In this document: in pieces, positions 1 to 10,923 of the stretch
How positions within the stretch are numbered: position 1 is the first letter of the stretch
Layout: each line of letters starts with the position of its first letter
From: an uncultured Planifilum sp.
Lineage (GTDB): Bacteria; Bacillota; Bacilli; Thermoactinomycetales; DSM-44946
NCBI GenBank assembly: GCA_937983105.1
Contig: CALKAM010000031.1
Coordinates: 85,553-149,552, forward strand
Direction: 5' to 3'
Length of the DNA: 64,000 bases
Program-made: the position numbers and the translations under genes
Notes under the pieces: model-generated
Database searches by the model: none
Told to the model about the DNA's origin: nothing
Seen by the model: the letters and a program-made list of their open reading frames with translations, nothing else

Positions 1-141
1 ATTTTGATAATCGACCTCCGCCACCGACAAGTTGAATCGGTGACGGATCCGGTCCAGGCCGCTCTTGATCACACGGCGCTTATCTTTCAAAGAAGCGGAC
101 CCGATTACCCGACAGCGGCATTCCTGAATTCCGACAATCAT
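1..141 (-). CDS. ylxP: DUF503 family protein YlxP (5' part; runs off the window start)
   Basis: Hand translation [47 protein letters not shown] carries the SLKDKR..FNxSVAEV motif. The ATG overlaps the infB TGA (ATGA). This is the canonical position after infB. Not in the ORF track. Confidence 0.88.
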   Translation of the reverse strand, partial: MIVGIQECRCRVIGSASLKDKRRVIKSGLDRIRHRFNLSVAEVDYQN

Positions 142-2459
142 GTGGCGCGTTCCACTTCCTCCACCACGTATACTTCGATGATGTCCCCTTCTTTGATGTC
201 GTTGAAGTTTTGCAGGGTCATTCCACATTCATAGCCCTGGGCCACTTCACGAACATCGTCCTTAAACCGCCGCAGGGTATCCACTTCCCCTTCGTGGATC
301 ACCACGCCGTCGCGGATCAAGCGGGCCTTTCCGTCGCGAACCACTTTTCCGTTGGTCACATAACAGCCGGCGATGGTGCCCACCTTGGAGACCTTGAAGG
401 TTTGGCGGACTTCCGCCGTTCCCACCACCTTCTCCTCGTACTCGGGATCCAGCATTCCCTTCATCGCCGACTCGATTTCCTCGATCACATCGTAGATCAC
501 CCGGTGGAGGCGAAGATCCACCTTCTCCTGTTCCGCCATCGTCCGGGCATTGGGCTCGGGTCGAACGTTGAAGCCGATGACAATGGCGTTGGAGGCGGAA
601 GCGAGGATGATGTCCGATTCCGTAATCGCCCCCACTCCGGAGTGAATAATATTCACCTTCACGCCTTCGACATCGATCTTCTCCAATCCGCCGCGCAAAG
701 CCTCTGCCGATCCCTGAACATCCGCCTTGATGATGATGTTCAGCTCCTTGACATCGCCTTCCTGGATCTGCTTGTAGAGATCATCCAGCGTAATCCGCGT
801 CTGTCCCTTCAACTCCTTCTGGCGCTGCCGCTCGGCGCGGACATCGGCGATCGAGCGGGCCTGCTTCTCATCCTGGAATACCATGAAGGGATCCCCCGCA
901 TTGGGGACATCGGACAACCCGAGGATCTCCACCGGCGTGGAAGGAGTTGCTTCCTTCACCCGGCGTCCCCGATCGTTGATCATCGCCCGGACTTTCCCGA
1001 AATAATTGCCGGCGACCAGCGCATCGCCCACCCGGAGGCTGCCGTTCTGCACCAAGATCGTCGCCACCGGACCGCGGTTCTTGTCCAGCTCGGCCTCGAT
1101 CACCACACCGCGGGCACGCTTGTTCGGATTGGCCTTCAATTCCTGCACCTCAGCCACCAGCAGGATCATCTCCAAAAGATCGTCGATCCCTTCGCCCTTC
1201 AGGGCCGACACCGGGACGAAGATCGTATCGCCCCCCCATTCCTCGGGAACGAGGCCGTGCTCGGTCAGCTGCTGCTTCACCCGATCCGGGTTAGCTTCCG
1301 GCTTGTCGATTTTGTTCACCGCCACAATAATGGGAACATCCGCCGCTTTCGCATGGTTGATCGCCTCAATGGTTTGGGGCATCACTCCGTCATCGGCGGC
1401 CACCACCAGTACGGTGATGTCCGTCACCTGGGCGCCGCGGGCGCGCATGGTGGTAAAGGCGGCGTGTCCGGGAGTATCCAAAAAGGTGATCTTCTTCCCG
1501 CCGGACTCCACCTGGTATGCACCGATATGTTGAGTAATCCCTCCCGCCTCCGAGGCGGCAACTTTGGACTGGCGAATCGTATCCAACAGCGTGGTTTTTC
1601 CGTGGTCCACGTGACCCATGATCGTCACCACGGGCGGCCGCTCCTTCAGATCCTCCGGAGCATCCGTCTCCTCGATCTCTTCGAAGAGGGCCTGGTCGAC
1701 CTCTTCCTTATACTCCACCGTCACACCGAACTCTTCCGAGACCAGGGTAATCGTGTCCACGTCGATTTCCTGGTTGATGGTGGCCATCACTCCGAGACCC
1801 ATCAGCTTTTTGATCACTTCAGAAGCTTCCTTCCGCAAGCGCTGGGCCAATTCTCCCACTGTGAGGGGTCCCGTGATTTCCAACTTCGACGGCAGGACGG
1901 GAGCTTGCTTCTCACGGACCTTCGATTTCTTATCCTGTTTCCGCTTGCGCCCCTTTTGCCCACGCACCGAAGCTGCAGACTTCCTGGTACGATCCTTTTC
2001 CTCCGAACCCTCCGGAACACGGTTCGGATCCGCGGGTTTGGACTTTCTTCGAGCCGAGCGGTTGGAATTGGCCGTTGGAGCAGTCGCAGCCTTTGCCGAC
2101 GAATTGGATGCGGATGGTCCTTTTCCCCGCTGCTCGCGCTTTTGCCCCGCTTTCTCGCTCTCCTGTTTCCCCTGGGTCCTCGCCGAATGGTTGCGGCGCC
2201 GACCCCGATTGCTTTTCCCCTTGCGATTCGTCTCTTCGGTCTGTGCAGGCTTCCCTTCTTTGGATTCCTTCTCTTTTTTGGTTGCCTCCGCGCCCTTTTT
2301 AATATCCCGGAAGAACTGTTCCACCTTTTCGATCATCTCATCGTTCATCACACTCATGTGGTTGTTGACTTCCATGTTCATCCGTTTGAGGATGGTGAGC
2401 ACTTCCTTGCTGCTCATATTCATTTTTCTCGCATATTCGTAGACGCGCATTTTCGTCAA
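138..2459 (-). CDS. infB: Translation initiation factor IF-2
   Basis: [14 protein letters not shown] and NKID GTPase motifs; IF2 N-terminal RVYEYA. Likely TTG start at 2459 after GGGGGTGA (ORF track extends to 2474). Confidence 0.98.
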   Translation of the reverse strand: MTKMRVYEYARKMNMSSKEVLTILKRMNMEVNNHMSVMNDEMIEKVEQFFRDIKKGAEATKKEKESKEGKPAQTEETNRKGKSNRGRRRNHSARTQGKQESEKAGQKREQRGKGPSASNSSAKAATAPTANSNRSARRKSKPADPNRVPEGSEEKDRTRKSAASVRGQKGRKRKQDKKSKVREKQAPVLPSKLEITGPLTVGELAQRLRKEASEVIKKLMGLGVMATINQEIDVDTITLVSEEFGVTVEYKEEVDQALFEEIEETDAPEDLKERPPVVTIMGHVDHGKTTLLDTIRQSKVAASEAGGITQHIGAYQVESGGKKITFLDTPGHAAFTTMRARGAQVTDITVLVVAADDGVMPQTIEAINHAKAADVPIIVAVNKIDKPEANPDRVKQQLTEHGLVPEEWGGDTIFVPVSALKGEGIDDLLEMILLVAEVQELKANPNKRARGVVIEAELDKNRGPVATILVQNGSLRVGDALVAGNYFGKVRAMINDRGRRVKEATPSTPVEILGLSDVPNAGDPFMVFQDEKQARSIADVRAERQRQKELKGQTRITLDDLYKQIQEGDVKELNIIIKADVQGSAEALRGGLEKIDVEGVKVNIIHSGVGAITESDIILASASNAIVIGFNVRPEPNARTMAEQEKVDLRLHRVIYDVIEEIESAMKGMLDPEYEEKVVGTAEVRQTFKVSKVGTIAGCYVTNGKVVRDGKARLIRDGVVIHEGEVDTLRRFKDDVREVAQGYECGMTLQNFNDIKEGDIIEVYVVEEVERAT

Positions 2460-2775
2460 ACTCGTCACCCCCATCTGATACTCGGACCCATTTCCTCATC
2501 GTCCGGGCAAACCCCTGATCGGTGACGGCCACAACCACCCGCTCCGGCTTGCCGACCGCGTTGCCCAAGGCCTTTCGCGTACCGTAACGAATGACGGGAA
2601 CGGAGTAGTAGGTACATTTGTCCCGCACCTTCTTCACGGCACCCGGGGATGCGTCCTCCGCAAGCAACACCATCTTCGCCTCACCGGACCGGATCGCCCT
2701 CAGAACGGCATCGGTTCCCGTGACCACCTTTCTCGCCCGCATCGCCAAACCCAATAATTGCAACAACTTATCCAT
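2338..2775 (-). CDS. ylxQ: L7Ae/L30e family RNA-binding protein YlxQ with a C-terminal extension overlapping infB
   Basis: [41 protein letters not shown]; lies between ylxR and infB; ATG at 2775 overlaps the ylxR stop. Confidence 0.92.
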   Translation of the reverse strand: MDKLLQLLGLAMRARKVVTGTDAVLRAIRSGEAKMVLLAEDASPGAVKKVRDKCTYYSVPVIRYGTRKALGNAVGKPERVVVAVTDQGFARTMRKWVRVSDGGDEFDENARLRICEKNEYEQQGSAHHPQTDEHGSQQPHECDER

Positions 2776-3049
2776 TGCTTTCAACCCTGCCGATGGCTTC
2801 CTCCATCTGGGCATACACTTCGTCGCTCACCTTGGTCTTCAAGGCCTTCTCGAGGGATCTTCGTTTCTTGGCCAACTGAAAACACTCCGCACTCGCGCAC
2901 AGGTAGGCTCCCCGCCCCGATTTTTTCCCCGTCGGGTCCACCAGGGTCTCGTGTTCCGGAGTGCGAACAATCCGAATGAGACTTTTCTTCGGTTTCATCT
3001 CCTGACAGGCGATGCACTTGCGCATGGGAATTTTCCGCACTCGCACCAC
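2768..3049 (-). CDS. ylxR: YlxR/DUF448 RNA-binding protein
   Basis: RKIPMRKCIAC..KKSLIRIVR..DPTGKKSGRGAYLC; GTG start at 3049 after GGAGGTG. Confidence 0.93.
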   Translation of the reverse strand: MVRVRKIPMRKCIACQEMKPKKSLIRIVRTPEHETLVDPTGKKSGRGAYLCASAECFQLAKKRRSLEKALKTKVSDEVYAQMEEAIGRVESNG

Positions 3050-3081
3050 GCAACCACCTCCGCACTCAAAAAATCGCCGCA

Positions 3082-4233
3082 TCAATCGGACGATTCTTCG
3101 GATCCGAACGCGTCCTCCTCCGAAACCTGCGTCGCCGGATCCTCCGGCGCCGGCTCTTCCGCCGCCGGTTCTTCCTCGACCGGATCCTCGGCATCCAGCT
3201 CTTCCGCCTCGGATTCACTCCGGATATCGATTTTCCAACCCGTCAACTTGGCGGCAAGACGGGCGTTTTGCCCCTCTTTCCCAATAGCCAGCGAAAGTTG
3301 ATGATCCGGAACCACCACCCGGGCGATCTTCTCCTCCTCATCCACTTCCACACGGGTCACCTTCGCCGGCCGCAGGGCGTTGGCCACAAATTCCACCGGA
3401 TCGTCCGACCAGGGAACCACATCGATCTTTTCGCCTCGGAGTTCGTTCACCACCGTCTGCACCCGTATTCCCCGGTGGCCGACACAAGCGCCGACGGGAT
3501 CCACCTGCTCATCCCGGGAAGAGACGGCGATTTTGGACCGGTGTCCCGCTTCCCGGGCCACCGAATGAATCTCCACGATGCCATCATAAATTTCCGGTAC
3601 TTCAAGCTCAAACAGGCGGCGGATAAGTCCCGGATGAGTTCGAGAAACAAAAATTTGCGGCCCTTTTGTCGACTTTTCCACCCGGGTGATATAGGTTTTC
3701 ACCCGGTCCCCATGCTTGAACCGTTCTCCCGGCATCGCCTCCGACAGGGGGAGGAGCGCCTCCACTCTTCCCAGGTCAATGTAAAAAAACCGGTTATCCA
3801 TCCGTTGGACGACACCGGTGACGATATCCTCCTCCCGGTCGACATATTCCTGATAGATGATGCTCCTCTCCGCCTCCCGGATCCGCTGCGTCACCACCTG
3901 CTTGGCCGTCTGTGCAGCGATGCGTCCAAAGTCCGCCGGAGTCACCTCGATCTCGACAATATCGTCCAGCTGGTAGGAGGGACTGATCTCTCTGGCCGCC
4001 TCCAGGGAGATCTCCAAACGGGGATCCGTCACCTCATCGACCACCGTCTTTCGGGCGAACACGCGAACCTTGCCGTTTTCCCGGTCGATGTCAACCCGGA
4101 CATTCTGCGCAGAATGAAAATTTCGTTTATACGCCGAAATCAAGGCAGCTTCGATGGCTTCGAGCAGAATGTCTTTGCTGATCCCCTTCTCCTTTTCCAA
4201 TTGATTGAGGGCCTCGATAAACTCCGCATTCAA
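3082..4233 (-). CDS. nusA: Transcription termination/antitermination factor NusA
   Basis: FGRIAAQTAKQV, S1 and KH domains, AIGKEGQNARLAAKLTGWKIDI; TTG start. Confidence 0.98.
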   Translation of the reverse strand: MNAEFIEALNQLEKEKGISKDILLEAIEAALISAYKRNFHSAQNVRVDIDRENGKVRVFARKTVVDEVTDPRLEISLEAAREISPSYQLDDIVEIEVTPADFGRIAAQTAKQVVTQRIREAERSIIYQEYVDREEDIVTGVVQRMDNRFFYIDLGRVEALLPLSEAMPGERFKHGDRVKTYITRVEKSTKGPQIFVSRTHPGLIRRLFELEVPEIYDGIVEIHSVAREAGHRSKIAVSSRDEQVDPVGACVGHRGIRVQTVVNELRGEKIDVVPWSDDPVEFVANALRPAKVTRVEVDEEEKIARVVVPDHQLSLAIGKEGQNARLAAKLTGWKIDIRSESEAEELDAEDPVEEEPAAEEPAPEDPATQVSEEDAFGSEESSD

Positions 4234-4256
4234 CGCATTGTCCTCCCTTCCTTCGC

Positions 4257-4718
4257 TTAAAAGAGAATCGCCAACCGCGCCTTGGCCACCAGGGTGTTGG
4301 GGATGACAACCTCCTTCCCTTCCACTTCCACGATCAGCCTCTCCGGCGTATAATCCGTCAAGGTTCCCTCAAAGGTTTTTCTGCCGTCGACGGGCTCATA
4401 GGTCTTGATGTGGACATGCTTGCCGACAGCCCTTTCAAAATCCCGCTCCTTTTTCAACGGACGTTCCGCCCCCGGCGAAGAAACCTCCAGGATATATGCT
4501 CCGGATATGGGATCCACCCGGTCCAACTCTTTGCTCAACCGCTCGCTGACGCGGCTGATGTCGTCCAGGCTCACCCGTCCTTCGATCCGATCGATAAACA
4601 GACGCAAAAAACGGTTCTTTCCCTCTTTTTTAAACTCGATATCCACCAATTCCAAACCGTCTTCAGCCAGAAGAGGGGCAGCCAATTCCTCTACGATCTC
4701 CGTGATCTTGCGGCCCAC
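4257..4718 (-). CDS. rimP: Ribosome maturation factor RimP
   Basis: LEVSSPGAERPL motif. Likely GTG start at 4718 after GGAGG; the longer track ORF runs through the leader. Confidence 0.95.
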   Translation of the reverse strand: MGRKITEIVEELAAPLLAEDGLELVDIEFKKEGKNRFLRLFIDRIEGRVSLDDISRVSERLSKELDRVDPISGAYILEVSSPGAERPLKKERDFERAVGKHVHIKTYEPVDGRKTFEGTLTDYTPERLIVEVEGKEVVIPNTLVAKARLAILF

Positions 4719-4772
4719 CTTCGTCCCTCCCCGTACATCCCGCAGAAGTTTGTCATAAACCGCACCCAAAGG

Positions 4773-4800
4773 GAAAGAGTGGGCGACAACCCACTCTTTC
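4773..4800 (-). terminator. Leader hairpin upstream of rimP (attenuator-like)
   Basis: Perfect 11-bp stem GAAAGAGTGGG/CCCACTCTTTC with a 6-nt loop, followed by a U-rich run on the minus strand, between the promoter and the rimP start. Confidence 0.7.
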
Positions 4801-4838
4801 TCAGGGACGCTATCCATGCTACCAGTATAGCCACAAAG

Positions 4839-4867
4839 ATTATATCATAACCGTGAACCACTGACAA
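4839..4867 (-). promoter_or_regulatory. SigA promoter of the rimP-nusA-infB operon
   Basis: Minus strand TTGTCA-17 nt-TATAAT with an extended TG (TGaTATAAT). Confidence 0.75.
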
Positions 4868-4884
4868 TCCGCTATTTCATCGGA

Positions 4885-7800
4885 TCAAAACAGGGTCAGC
4901 TGATTGCTCTCCGGCAGATCCCGGAGGCAACCCAGGCGCTCCAGCACCTCCACCACGGCGCTGGAAACACGGCTCCGCTTCTGGAAATCCTCGATGGACA
5001 AAAAGTGTCCCTCTTCCCGGGCTTTGACAATATTGCGGGCCGCGTTTACCCCGATTCCGGATACGGAGGAGAAAGGAGGCAGCAGGGCGTCCCCATCCAC
5101 CAGGAATCGGGTCGCGTCGGAGCGGTACAGATCGATCGGGAGGAAGGAGAGGCCGCGGGCCATCATTTCCCTGGCCGACTCGAGCACGGTCAGCAGCCCC
5201 TTTTCCTTCGGCGAGGCATCCGCCCCCTTTTCATCGATCTCATGGATCCTCCGATTGACCACTTCGGGTCCCTTGAGCACCAGTTCCAGATCGAAATCGT
5301 CCGCCCGAACGGTAAAGTACGTGGCGTAATACTCGGCGGGATAGTACACCTTGAACCAGGCAATCCGAACGGCCATGAGCACGTAGGCCACCGCATGGGC
5401 CTTGGGAAACATATACTTGATCTTGCGGCAGGAGCTGATATACCAATCCGGGATCCCGTATTCCTTCATCTCCTTTTCTTCTTCCTCGGTGAGTCCCTTC
5501 CCTTTACGCACCTTCTCCATGATCTTGAAGGCCGTTTTCGGCTTCATTCCCTTGTAGATGAGGTAGAGCATAATGTCGTCCCGGGTGGCGATCACCTCCG
5601 ACAACACGGCGGTGCCGCTTCGAATCAGCTCCTGGGCATTGTTCAACCAGACGTCCGTTCCGTGGGACAAACCCGATATCCGGACCAGTTCACCGAAGGT
5701 CGTCGGCCGCGTATCCTCCAGCATCTGCCGGACAAACCGGGTGCCGAATTCCGGTATGCCCAGCGTTCCCGTCAAACATCCGATCTCCTCCGGCGTCACC
5801 CCCAGCGATTCCGTCCCGCTGAACAGCTGGAGCACTTTCGGGTCGTCCACGGGAATCTTCTTGGGATCCACCCCTGTCAGGTCCTGCAACATGCGGATGA
5901 CGGTGGGATCATCATGGCCCAAAATGTCCAGCTTCAGCAGCCGGCCGCTGATGGCATGGTAATCGAAGTGGGTGGTCACCGTCCGGGCTTTGGGATCGTC
6001 CGCCGGGCGCTGGATCGGCGTGAAATCAAACACATCCCGGTTCTGGGGCACCACCATCAACCCGCCCGGATGCTGGCCGGTGGTTCGCTTCACACCTGTA
6101 CATCCGCGGACCAGCCGTTCGACCTCCGCGTTGCGCAAAGTGAGCCCCATCTCCTCCTGATACTTTTTCACATACCCGTAAGCCGTCTTCTCCGCGACGG
6201 TGGAAATCGTTCCCGCCCGGTACACGTACTCCTTTCCGAACAATTCCTCCGTGTATTTGTGGGCCCTGGGCTGGTACTCACCCGAGAAGTTCAAGTCGAT
6301 ATCCGGGGTTTTGTCCCCTTCAAATCCCAGGAAGGTCTCGAAGGGAATATCATGACCGTCCTTCCGCATCTTCGCACCGCACCGGGGACAATCCTTGTCG
6401 GGCAAGTCGAAACCGGACGCCACCGATCCGTCCGTGACAAACTGGCTAAATTTGCACTCCGGACAGACGTAATGGGGAGGCAGGGGATTCACTTCGGTGA
6501 TGGAACTCATCGTAGCCACAAAGGACGATCCCACCGAACCCCGGGATCCCACCAGGTAGCCGTCCGAAAGGGATTTGGTCACCAGCTTGTGCGAAATCAG
6601 ATAGATAACGGCAAAGCCGTGCTTGATAATGCTATTCAGTTCCTTCTCCAGCCGCTCCTTCACAATATCGGGCAGAGGAGAGCCGTAGGTCTGCTCCGCC
6701 GTTTCATAGCAGATTCGCCGCAGCTCTTCGTCGGCCCCCTCGATAATCGGCGTGTGCGTCCCATCGGGATAGGGGGCGATCTCCTCTATCCGGTCAGCGA
6801 TGCCCCGGGGGGCGGTGATAACCACCTCCCGCGCCTTTTCCTCCCCCAGATAGGCAAAGGCCTCCAGCATCTCCTCCGTCGTCCGAAAGTAGACCGGAGG
6901 AAGGGGGTCTTTGCGGCGGAAACCGCTCTGGTTGGCCGTGAGAATCTCCCGATATATCGAATCCCATGGATCCAGATAGTGAACGTTGGCCGTCGCCACC
7001 ACCGGCTTCCCCAATTTTTCGCCGATCCGGACCAAAAGCCGATTCGTCTCCCGGAGCCGCTCCTCGCTTTCCACAATGCCCTTCTCGATCAGGTGACGGT
7101 TCACCTCGACCGGCTGGATTTCGATATAATCGTAAAAACGGGCAATCTCCTCGGCCTCCTGGGGAGACTTCTGGAGAGCCGCCTCGAAAAGCTCTCCCTT
7201 TTCACATCCGGAGCCGACAATCAGCCCCTCCCGGTGCTTCTCCAATTCGCTCCTCGGAATGCGGGGAACCCGATGAAAATATTCCAAATGAGACAGGGAA
7301 ATCAATTTGTACAAATTTTTCAGGCCGGTGGCATTCTGAACCAACAGAACGACGTGGAACGGCCGCAGTCGGGATACGTCGCGCCGATCGGTGATTTCAT
7401 TTAACTGGTCAAGGCGCACAACCTCTTTCGCCAGACAGTCCTCCACCATCTTCCACAACAGATAACCGGTCGCTTCCGCGTCGTGAATCGCCCGGTGATG
7501 CTGTTTCAATTCGATGCCGAAATGCTTACACAGCGTGTTCAACCGGTAGTTTTTCAGCCCCGAATAAAGGGAGCGGGCCATCTCGAGGGTATCGATCACC
7601 GGATTGGTCAAAGGTTCGCGGCCCAGCCGCTGAACGCCCATGTCAAGAAAACCCATGTCAAAACGGGCGTTGTGGGCGACGAGCACGCTGTCACCGACAA
7701 ACTGGAGAAAGCGCTGAAGCACCTCCTCCACCTCCGGTGCCCCCTCCAGCATCTCATCGGTAATACCCGTCAATTCGGTAATCGTCGATGTCAATTTCCG

Positions 7801-9174
7801 GTGGGGATTGGCAAAGGAGCTGAAGCGGTCGACGATCTCACCGCCGCGTACCTTGACCGCCGCCAGTTCGATGATCGTGTCGTGGACAGCGGAGAGCCCC
7901 GTCGTTTCGACGTCGAAAACGACATAGGTGTCCTCCTGGAGGTTCCGGGGAGCGGGTCGCATCACGATGGGAACCCCATCGTCCACCAAATAGGCCTCCA
8001 CCCCGTAGATCACCTTGATGCCGTGCTTTTGGGCCGCAGCATGCGCTTCGGGGAAGGCCTGCACCACCCCGTGATCGGTGATGGCCACAGCGGGGTGGCC
8101 CCATTCCGCCGCTCGCTTTACCACTTCTCCGGGATCATTCACCCCATCCATGCTGCTCATCGCCGTGTGCAGATGGAGCTCCACCCGCTTTTCCTCGGCA
8201 TGGTCGGCGCGCTTCATCGGCTCCGTCTCGTTGAGGTCATTCCCCATCAGAACCAGTTCCCGGGCAAAGTTATCGTATTGAACGGACCCCCGAACTACAA
8301 CCCACATCCCATCCTTTACCCGGGACAGGAGGGCGGCGTCTTCCTTATCGCGGGCGAACATTTTCACCTGAATCGAATCGGTAAAATCCGTCAGGTTGAA
8401 CGTAAGCAGCGTGCGACCGCTGCGCAGCTCCCGGGTCTCTGCCTTGAAAACCTCCCCCCGCAATACGACGCGCCGCTCCTCTTCGGTAATCCTCCGGATC
8501 GGCACCGGCTCCTCCCGAATCGCATACCCGACAACCAGCTCCTGATCGGATGCAGGCTGAGGCGCCGGTGGCGGTGTCGACTCCCTTTCCACCAACGCCT
8601 GCTCTTTCAATCGTTGTTCCTCGGCCTGCTGTTGTTCACGAAACCGCGTCTCCTCTTCCTCCAAGGGGCGGCTCTCGAGGGTGACACGGATCTCCTTTCC
8701 GGAGACCTCCCGAATCATCGATGCGATCACCCGATCGAGGCGCTTCTGCTCAGCCATCTGCACCATCATCGGATGGGGAAACGTAATGATCATCCCATCC
8801 TTTTCCCAGCGCCATTCCGCCCTTCCCATCCAGCCTGCGGCTGCAGCGGACACATCTTCCGCCACCCTTTTCCGGATCCACTCCCAGTACAACTGTAAAA
8901 TCTGCTCCGGATCGACACCCGCCGGCCTCAGACGAACCGACACCCCAGCCGCCCGGCCCAATACCGAGCTGAGCCGGGACTCCATCTCCTGCCATATATG
9001 GGGTGGAACCGGTCGTTTCAGACCGAGAAAAAGGGTCCACGTTCGCCGGGAAAGGCTCACTTGAATCTTTTCGATATACGCATCCTGAAAGTGCTTGTCC
9101 AACCATTCCCGCGGCAGATCCGCCCGGGAAAAGAGCTGCTCCAATCTCTCCCTCTTGACCTCCGGCGTCGCCAT
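4885..9174 (-). CDS. polC: DNA polymerase III PolC-type
   Basis: PHP (ELHLHTAMS, AITDHG), exonuclease (VVFDVETTG, HRAIHDA), GSRGSVGSS, PDIDLNFSG, KKIKYMFPKAHA-like motif. Likely ATG at 9174 after GGGAGGG. No intein-sized insertion. Confidence 0.98.
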   Translation of the reverse strand: MATPEVKRERLEQLFSRADLPREWLDKHFQDAYIEKIQVSLSRRTWTLFLGLKRPVPPHIWQEMESRLSSVLGRAAGVSVRLRPAGVDPEQILQLYWEWIRKRVAEDVSAAAAGWMGRAEWRWEKDGMIITFPHPMMVQMAEQKRLDRVIASMIREVSGKEIRVTLESRPLEEEETRFREQQQAEEQRLKEQALVERESTPPPAPQPASDQELVVGYAIREEPVPIRRITEEERRVVLRGEVFKAETRELRSGRTLLTFNLTDFTDSIQVKMFARDKEDAALLSRVKDGMWVVVRGSVQYDNFARELVLMGNDLNETEPMKRADHAEEKRVELHLHTAMSSMDGVNDPGEVVKRAAEWGHPAVAITDHGVVQAFPEAHAAAQKHGIKVIYGVEAYLVDDGVPIVMRPAPRNLQEDTYVVFDVETTGLSAVHDTIIELAAVKVRGGEIVDRFSSFANPHRKLTSTITELTGITDEMLEGAPEVEEVLQRFLQFVGDSVLVAHNARFDMGFLDMGVQRLGREPLTNPVIDTLEMARSLYSGLKNYRLNTLCKHFGIELKQHHRAIHDAEATGYLLWKMVEDCLAKEVVRLDQLNEITDRRDVSRLRPFHVVLLVQNATGLKNLYKLISLSHLEYFHRVPRIPRSELEKHREGLIVGSGCEKGELFEAALQKSPQEAEEIARFYDYIEIQPVEVNRHLIEKGIVESEERLRETNRLLVRIGEKLGKPVVATANVHYLDPWDSIYREILTANQSGFRRKDPLPPVYFRTTEEMLEAFAYLGEEKAREVVITAPRGIADRIEEIAPYPDGTHTPIIEGADEELRRICYETAEQTYGSPLPDIVKERLEKELNSIIKHGFAVIYLISHKLVTKSLSDGYLVGSRGSVGSSFVATMSSITEVNPLPPHYVCPECKFSQFVTDGSVASGFDLPDKDCPRCGAKMRKDGHDIPFETFLGFEGDKTPDIDLNFSGEYQPRAHKYTEELFGKEYVYRAGTISTVAEKTAYGYVKKYQEEMGLTLRNAEVERLVRGCTGVKRTTGQHPGGLMVVPQNRDVFDFTPIQRPADDPKARTVTTHFDYHAISGRLLKLDILGHDDPTVIRMLQDLTGVDPKKIPVDDPKVLQLFSGTESLGVTPEEIGCLTGTLGIPEFGTRFVRQMLEDTRPTTFGELVRISGLSHGTDVWLNNAQELIRSGTAVLSEVIATRDDIMLYLIYKGMKPKTAFKIMEKVRKGKGLTEEEEKEMKEYGIPDWYISSCRKIKYMFPKAHAVAYVLMAVRIAWFKVYYPAEYYATYFTVRADDFDLELVLKGPEVVNRRIHEIDEKGADASPKEKGLLTVLESAREMMARGLSFLPIDLYRSDATRFLVDGDALLPPFSSVSGIGVNAARNIVKAREEGHFLSIEDFQKRSRVSSAVVEVLERLGCLRDLPESNQLTLF

Positions 9175-9338
9175 GGGGCCAAACCCTCCCGTTTTCCACC
9201 TTTCACCGTTCCTACGTTGCTCCATCAAGTGTATCAAAAAATGGACAGACGAACCACACATGTGAAGCCCTTCGGGGAATTCACCTTCTAAACGAATTTT
9301 CCGCAAAGAAACTCTTCACTTATTTTTCCTTCAAAGCA

Positions 9339-9394
9339 TTGACAGGCCAAGCCCTCCTGAAGTACATTAATATCATCAATAGAAACTATGTTTC
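9339..9394 (+). promoter_or_regulatory. SigA-like promoter with a downstream inverted repeat (possible operator) for the methyltransferase
   Basis: TTGACA (9339-44)-18 nt-TACATT (9363-68), then GAAAC-tat-GTTTC at 9382-9394. Confidence 0.45.
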
Positions 9395-9481
9395 ATCTAA
9401 TAAAACACCGCGGATCCCCGGACCGGCTGCGGCGATAGCAGTTATAGGATTGGTTCTCACCGAACACCAAGGAGGATATCC

Positions 9482-10249
9482 ATGGACGATACCAAAGGGA
9501 AGGTGAAAAAGCAGTTTAAACAGTCCGGCAGCGATTACCGGCACAGCGCCATCCATGCCAAGGGGCGGGACCTGGAGTGGATCGTCGAAGAAGTCGAAAC
9601 ATCCCCTCCGCCGCTGCTGGCCCTGGACATCGCCACCGGCACGGGGCATACCGCCTTCGCCCTCAGCCGGTGCGTAGGCCGGGTCGTCGGTTTGGACCTG
9701 ACACCGGAGATGCTGCGCATCGCCGCGGAAGAAGCCAATCGGCGGGGCATTGACAATGTCACCTGGGCGGAGGGGGACGCGGAAAGTCTTCCCTTTCCCG
9801 ACCGGCTTTTTGACGTGGTCACCTGCCGCATCGCCGCCCATCACTTTCCCCGGGCGGAACAAGCCTTTGCCGAAGCGCGCCGGGTGTTGGTGCCGGGGGG
9901 ACGGATGATCCTGATCGACAATTACGCCCCCGAAGAAGCCGACGCGCTGCTCAACCGGGTGGAAACCCTTCGGGACCCTTCCCATTTCCGGGTGCACACC
10001 CTGTCCGGCTGGACCCGCCTGCTCCAACAAGCCGGATTTTCCACCGTCACCCTGTTGCGGCGGTGGAAGACCCCCGTCGTCCTGGAGGAGTGGTTCCAAC
10101 GGGCGAAAACCCGGGCGGAGCACCGTAAAGCCGCTATCCGGCTGCTTTCCGAAGCTCCGCAACCGGTGCGGGATCGGGTCCTCTGCCGCCCTTTCCCGGA
10201 ACCGGACCAGCTGATCCTGCGAAAGGGCATGTGGATCGCAACGAGGTAA
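9482..10249 (+). CDS. Class I SAM-dependent methyltransferase (UbiE-like)
   Basis: ALDIATGTGH motif I, GDAESLPFPDRLFDVV, AAHHFP, RVLVPGG; AAGGAGG RBS. Confidence 0.88.
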   Translation: MDDTKGKVKKQFKQSGSDYRHSAIHAKGRDLEWIVEEVETSPPPLLALDIATGTGHTAFALSRCVGRVVGLDLTPEMLRIAAEEANRRGIDNVTWAEGDAESLPFPDRLFDVVTCRIAAHHFPRAEQAFAEARRVLVPGGRMILIDNYAPEEADALLNRVETLRDPSHFRVHTLSGWTRLLQQAGFSTVTLLRRWKTPVVLEEWFQRAKTRAEHRKAAIRLLSEAPQPVRDRVLCRPFPEPDQLILRKGMWIATR

Positions 10250-10486
10250 ACCCCCCGGGGGACCCATGCGAGGGGGCCGGACGCGCCGCTGCCACCAGGG
10301 GAAAACGAGCGGCACCGCCCCCTCCGCCCTTCGAGAATGAAAAAACGACTACTCAAATGGGAGCATTGCCGGATTGCCCGGAAGGATTGAAACCGTCCGG
10401 GTAAAAAAAGAAACGGCCCAAATGCGGACCGTTTCCTTGGACTTTCCGAAGGCCCCAAAACGCCCGGCGGCAGGGCCGCTTTGCGC

Positions 10487-10903
10487 TCATTCATCCCCCT
10501 TCCTGGCCATCACTAAAAACAGGGAGATCAGAACAAAAGCGGTGAAAGCCAGGAGAGGGATGGTGACAAAGCCCAACCAATTGATATATTGACCGGAACA
10601 GGGAACCCCCTGCTTGCAGGGAGCCCAATCCGCCATCCCCGGCATCTTCTGCAGCAGGTAGTGAAAGGCGGACAACGCAGCACCGCCCAGGCTGAGGGGA
10701 AGCGAGTATGGGATGATAGAACGGTCATCCCGGTACGAGGCGATCCCCAGGATCACTGCGAGGGGATACATCAGGATCCGCTGATACCAGCACAATTCAC
10801 AGGGGATGAATCCCGCAACCTCGCTGAAATAAAGACTGCCTCCGGTGGCGACGAGCGATACCAGCCAAGCCAAGTACAGGCCATAACTGCGCATCCAGGC
10901 CAC
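10487..10903 (-). CDS. bdbC: Disulfide bond formation protein, DsbB/BdbC family
   Basis: GSLYFSE..PCELCWYQRILMYP, second Cys pair PC..GVPCS, four TM segments. Confidence 0.92.
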   Translation of the reverse strand: MAWMRSYGLYLAWLVSLVATGGSLYFSEVAGFIPCELCWYQRILMYPLAVILGIASYRDDRSIIPYSLPLSLGGAALSAFHYLLQKMPGMADWAPCKQGVPCSGQYINWLGFVTIPLLAFTAFVLISLFLVMARKGDE

Positions 10904-10923
10904 ACCCGCTCCTCCTCTCCCCG

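Noticed and set aside
210-2525. Long antisense ORFs (also 5005-7404, 7483-8898, 13378-15543, 22847-24028, 26814-28235, 35694-37073, 40692-42524, 43699-46059, 53859-55073)
   Set aside because: Shadow frames of well-conserved genes on the opposite strand, as expected at high GC; no RBS or recognisable motifs.
3082-3200. Repetitive acidic NusA tail (EEEPAAEEPAPEDPA)
   Set aside because: Low-complexity coding tail, not a repeat array or a separate element.
9175-9306. Extended N-termini given by the ORF track (polC, and likewise rimP, frr, sucC, treP, lanF, lanR, bdbD, ligase)
   Set aside because: Downstream starts have clear RBSs and match family N-termini; the extensions run through leaders or promoters.
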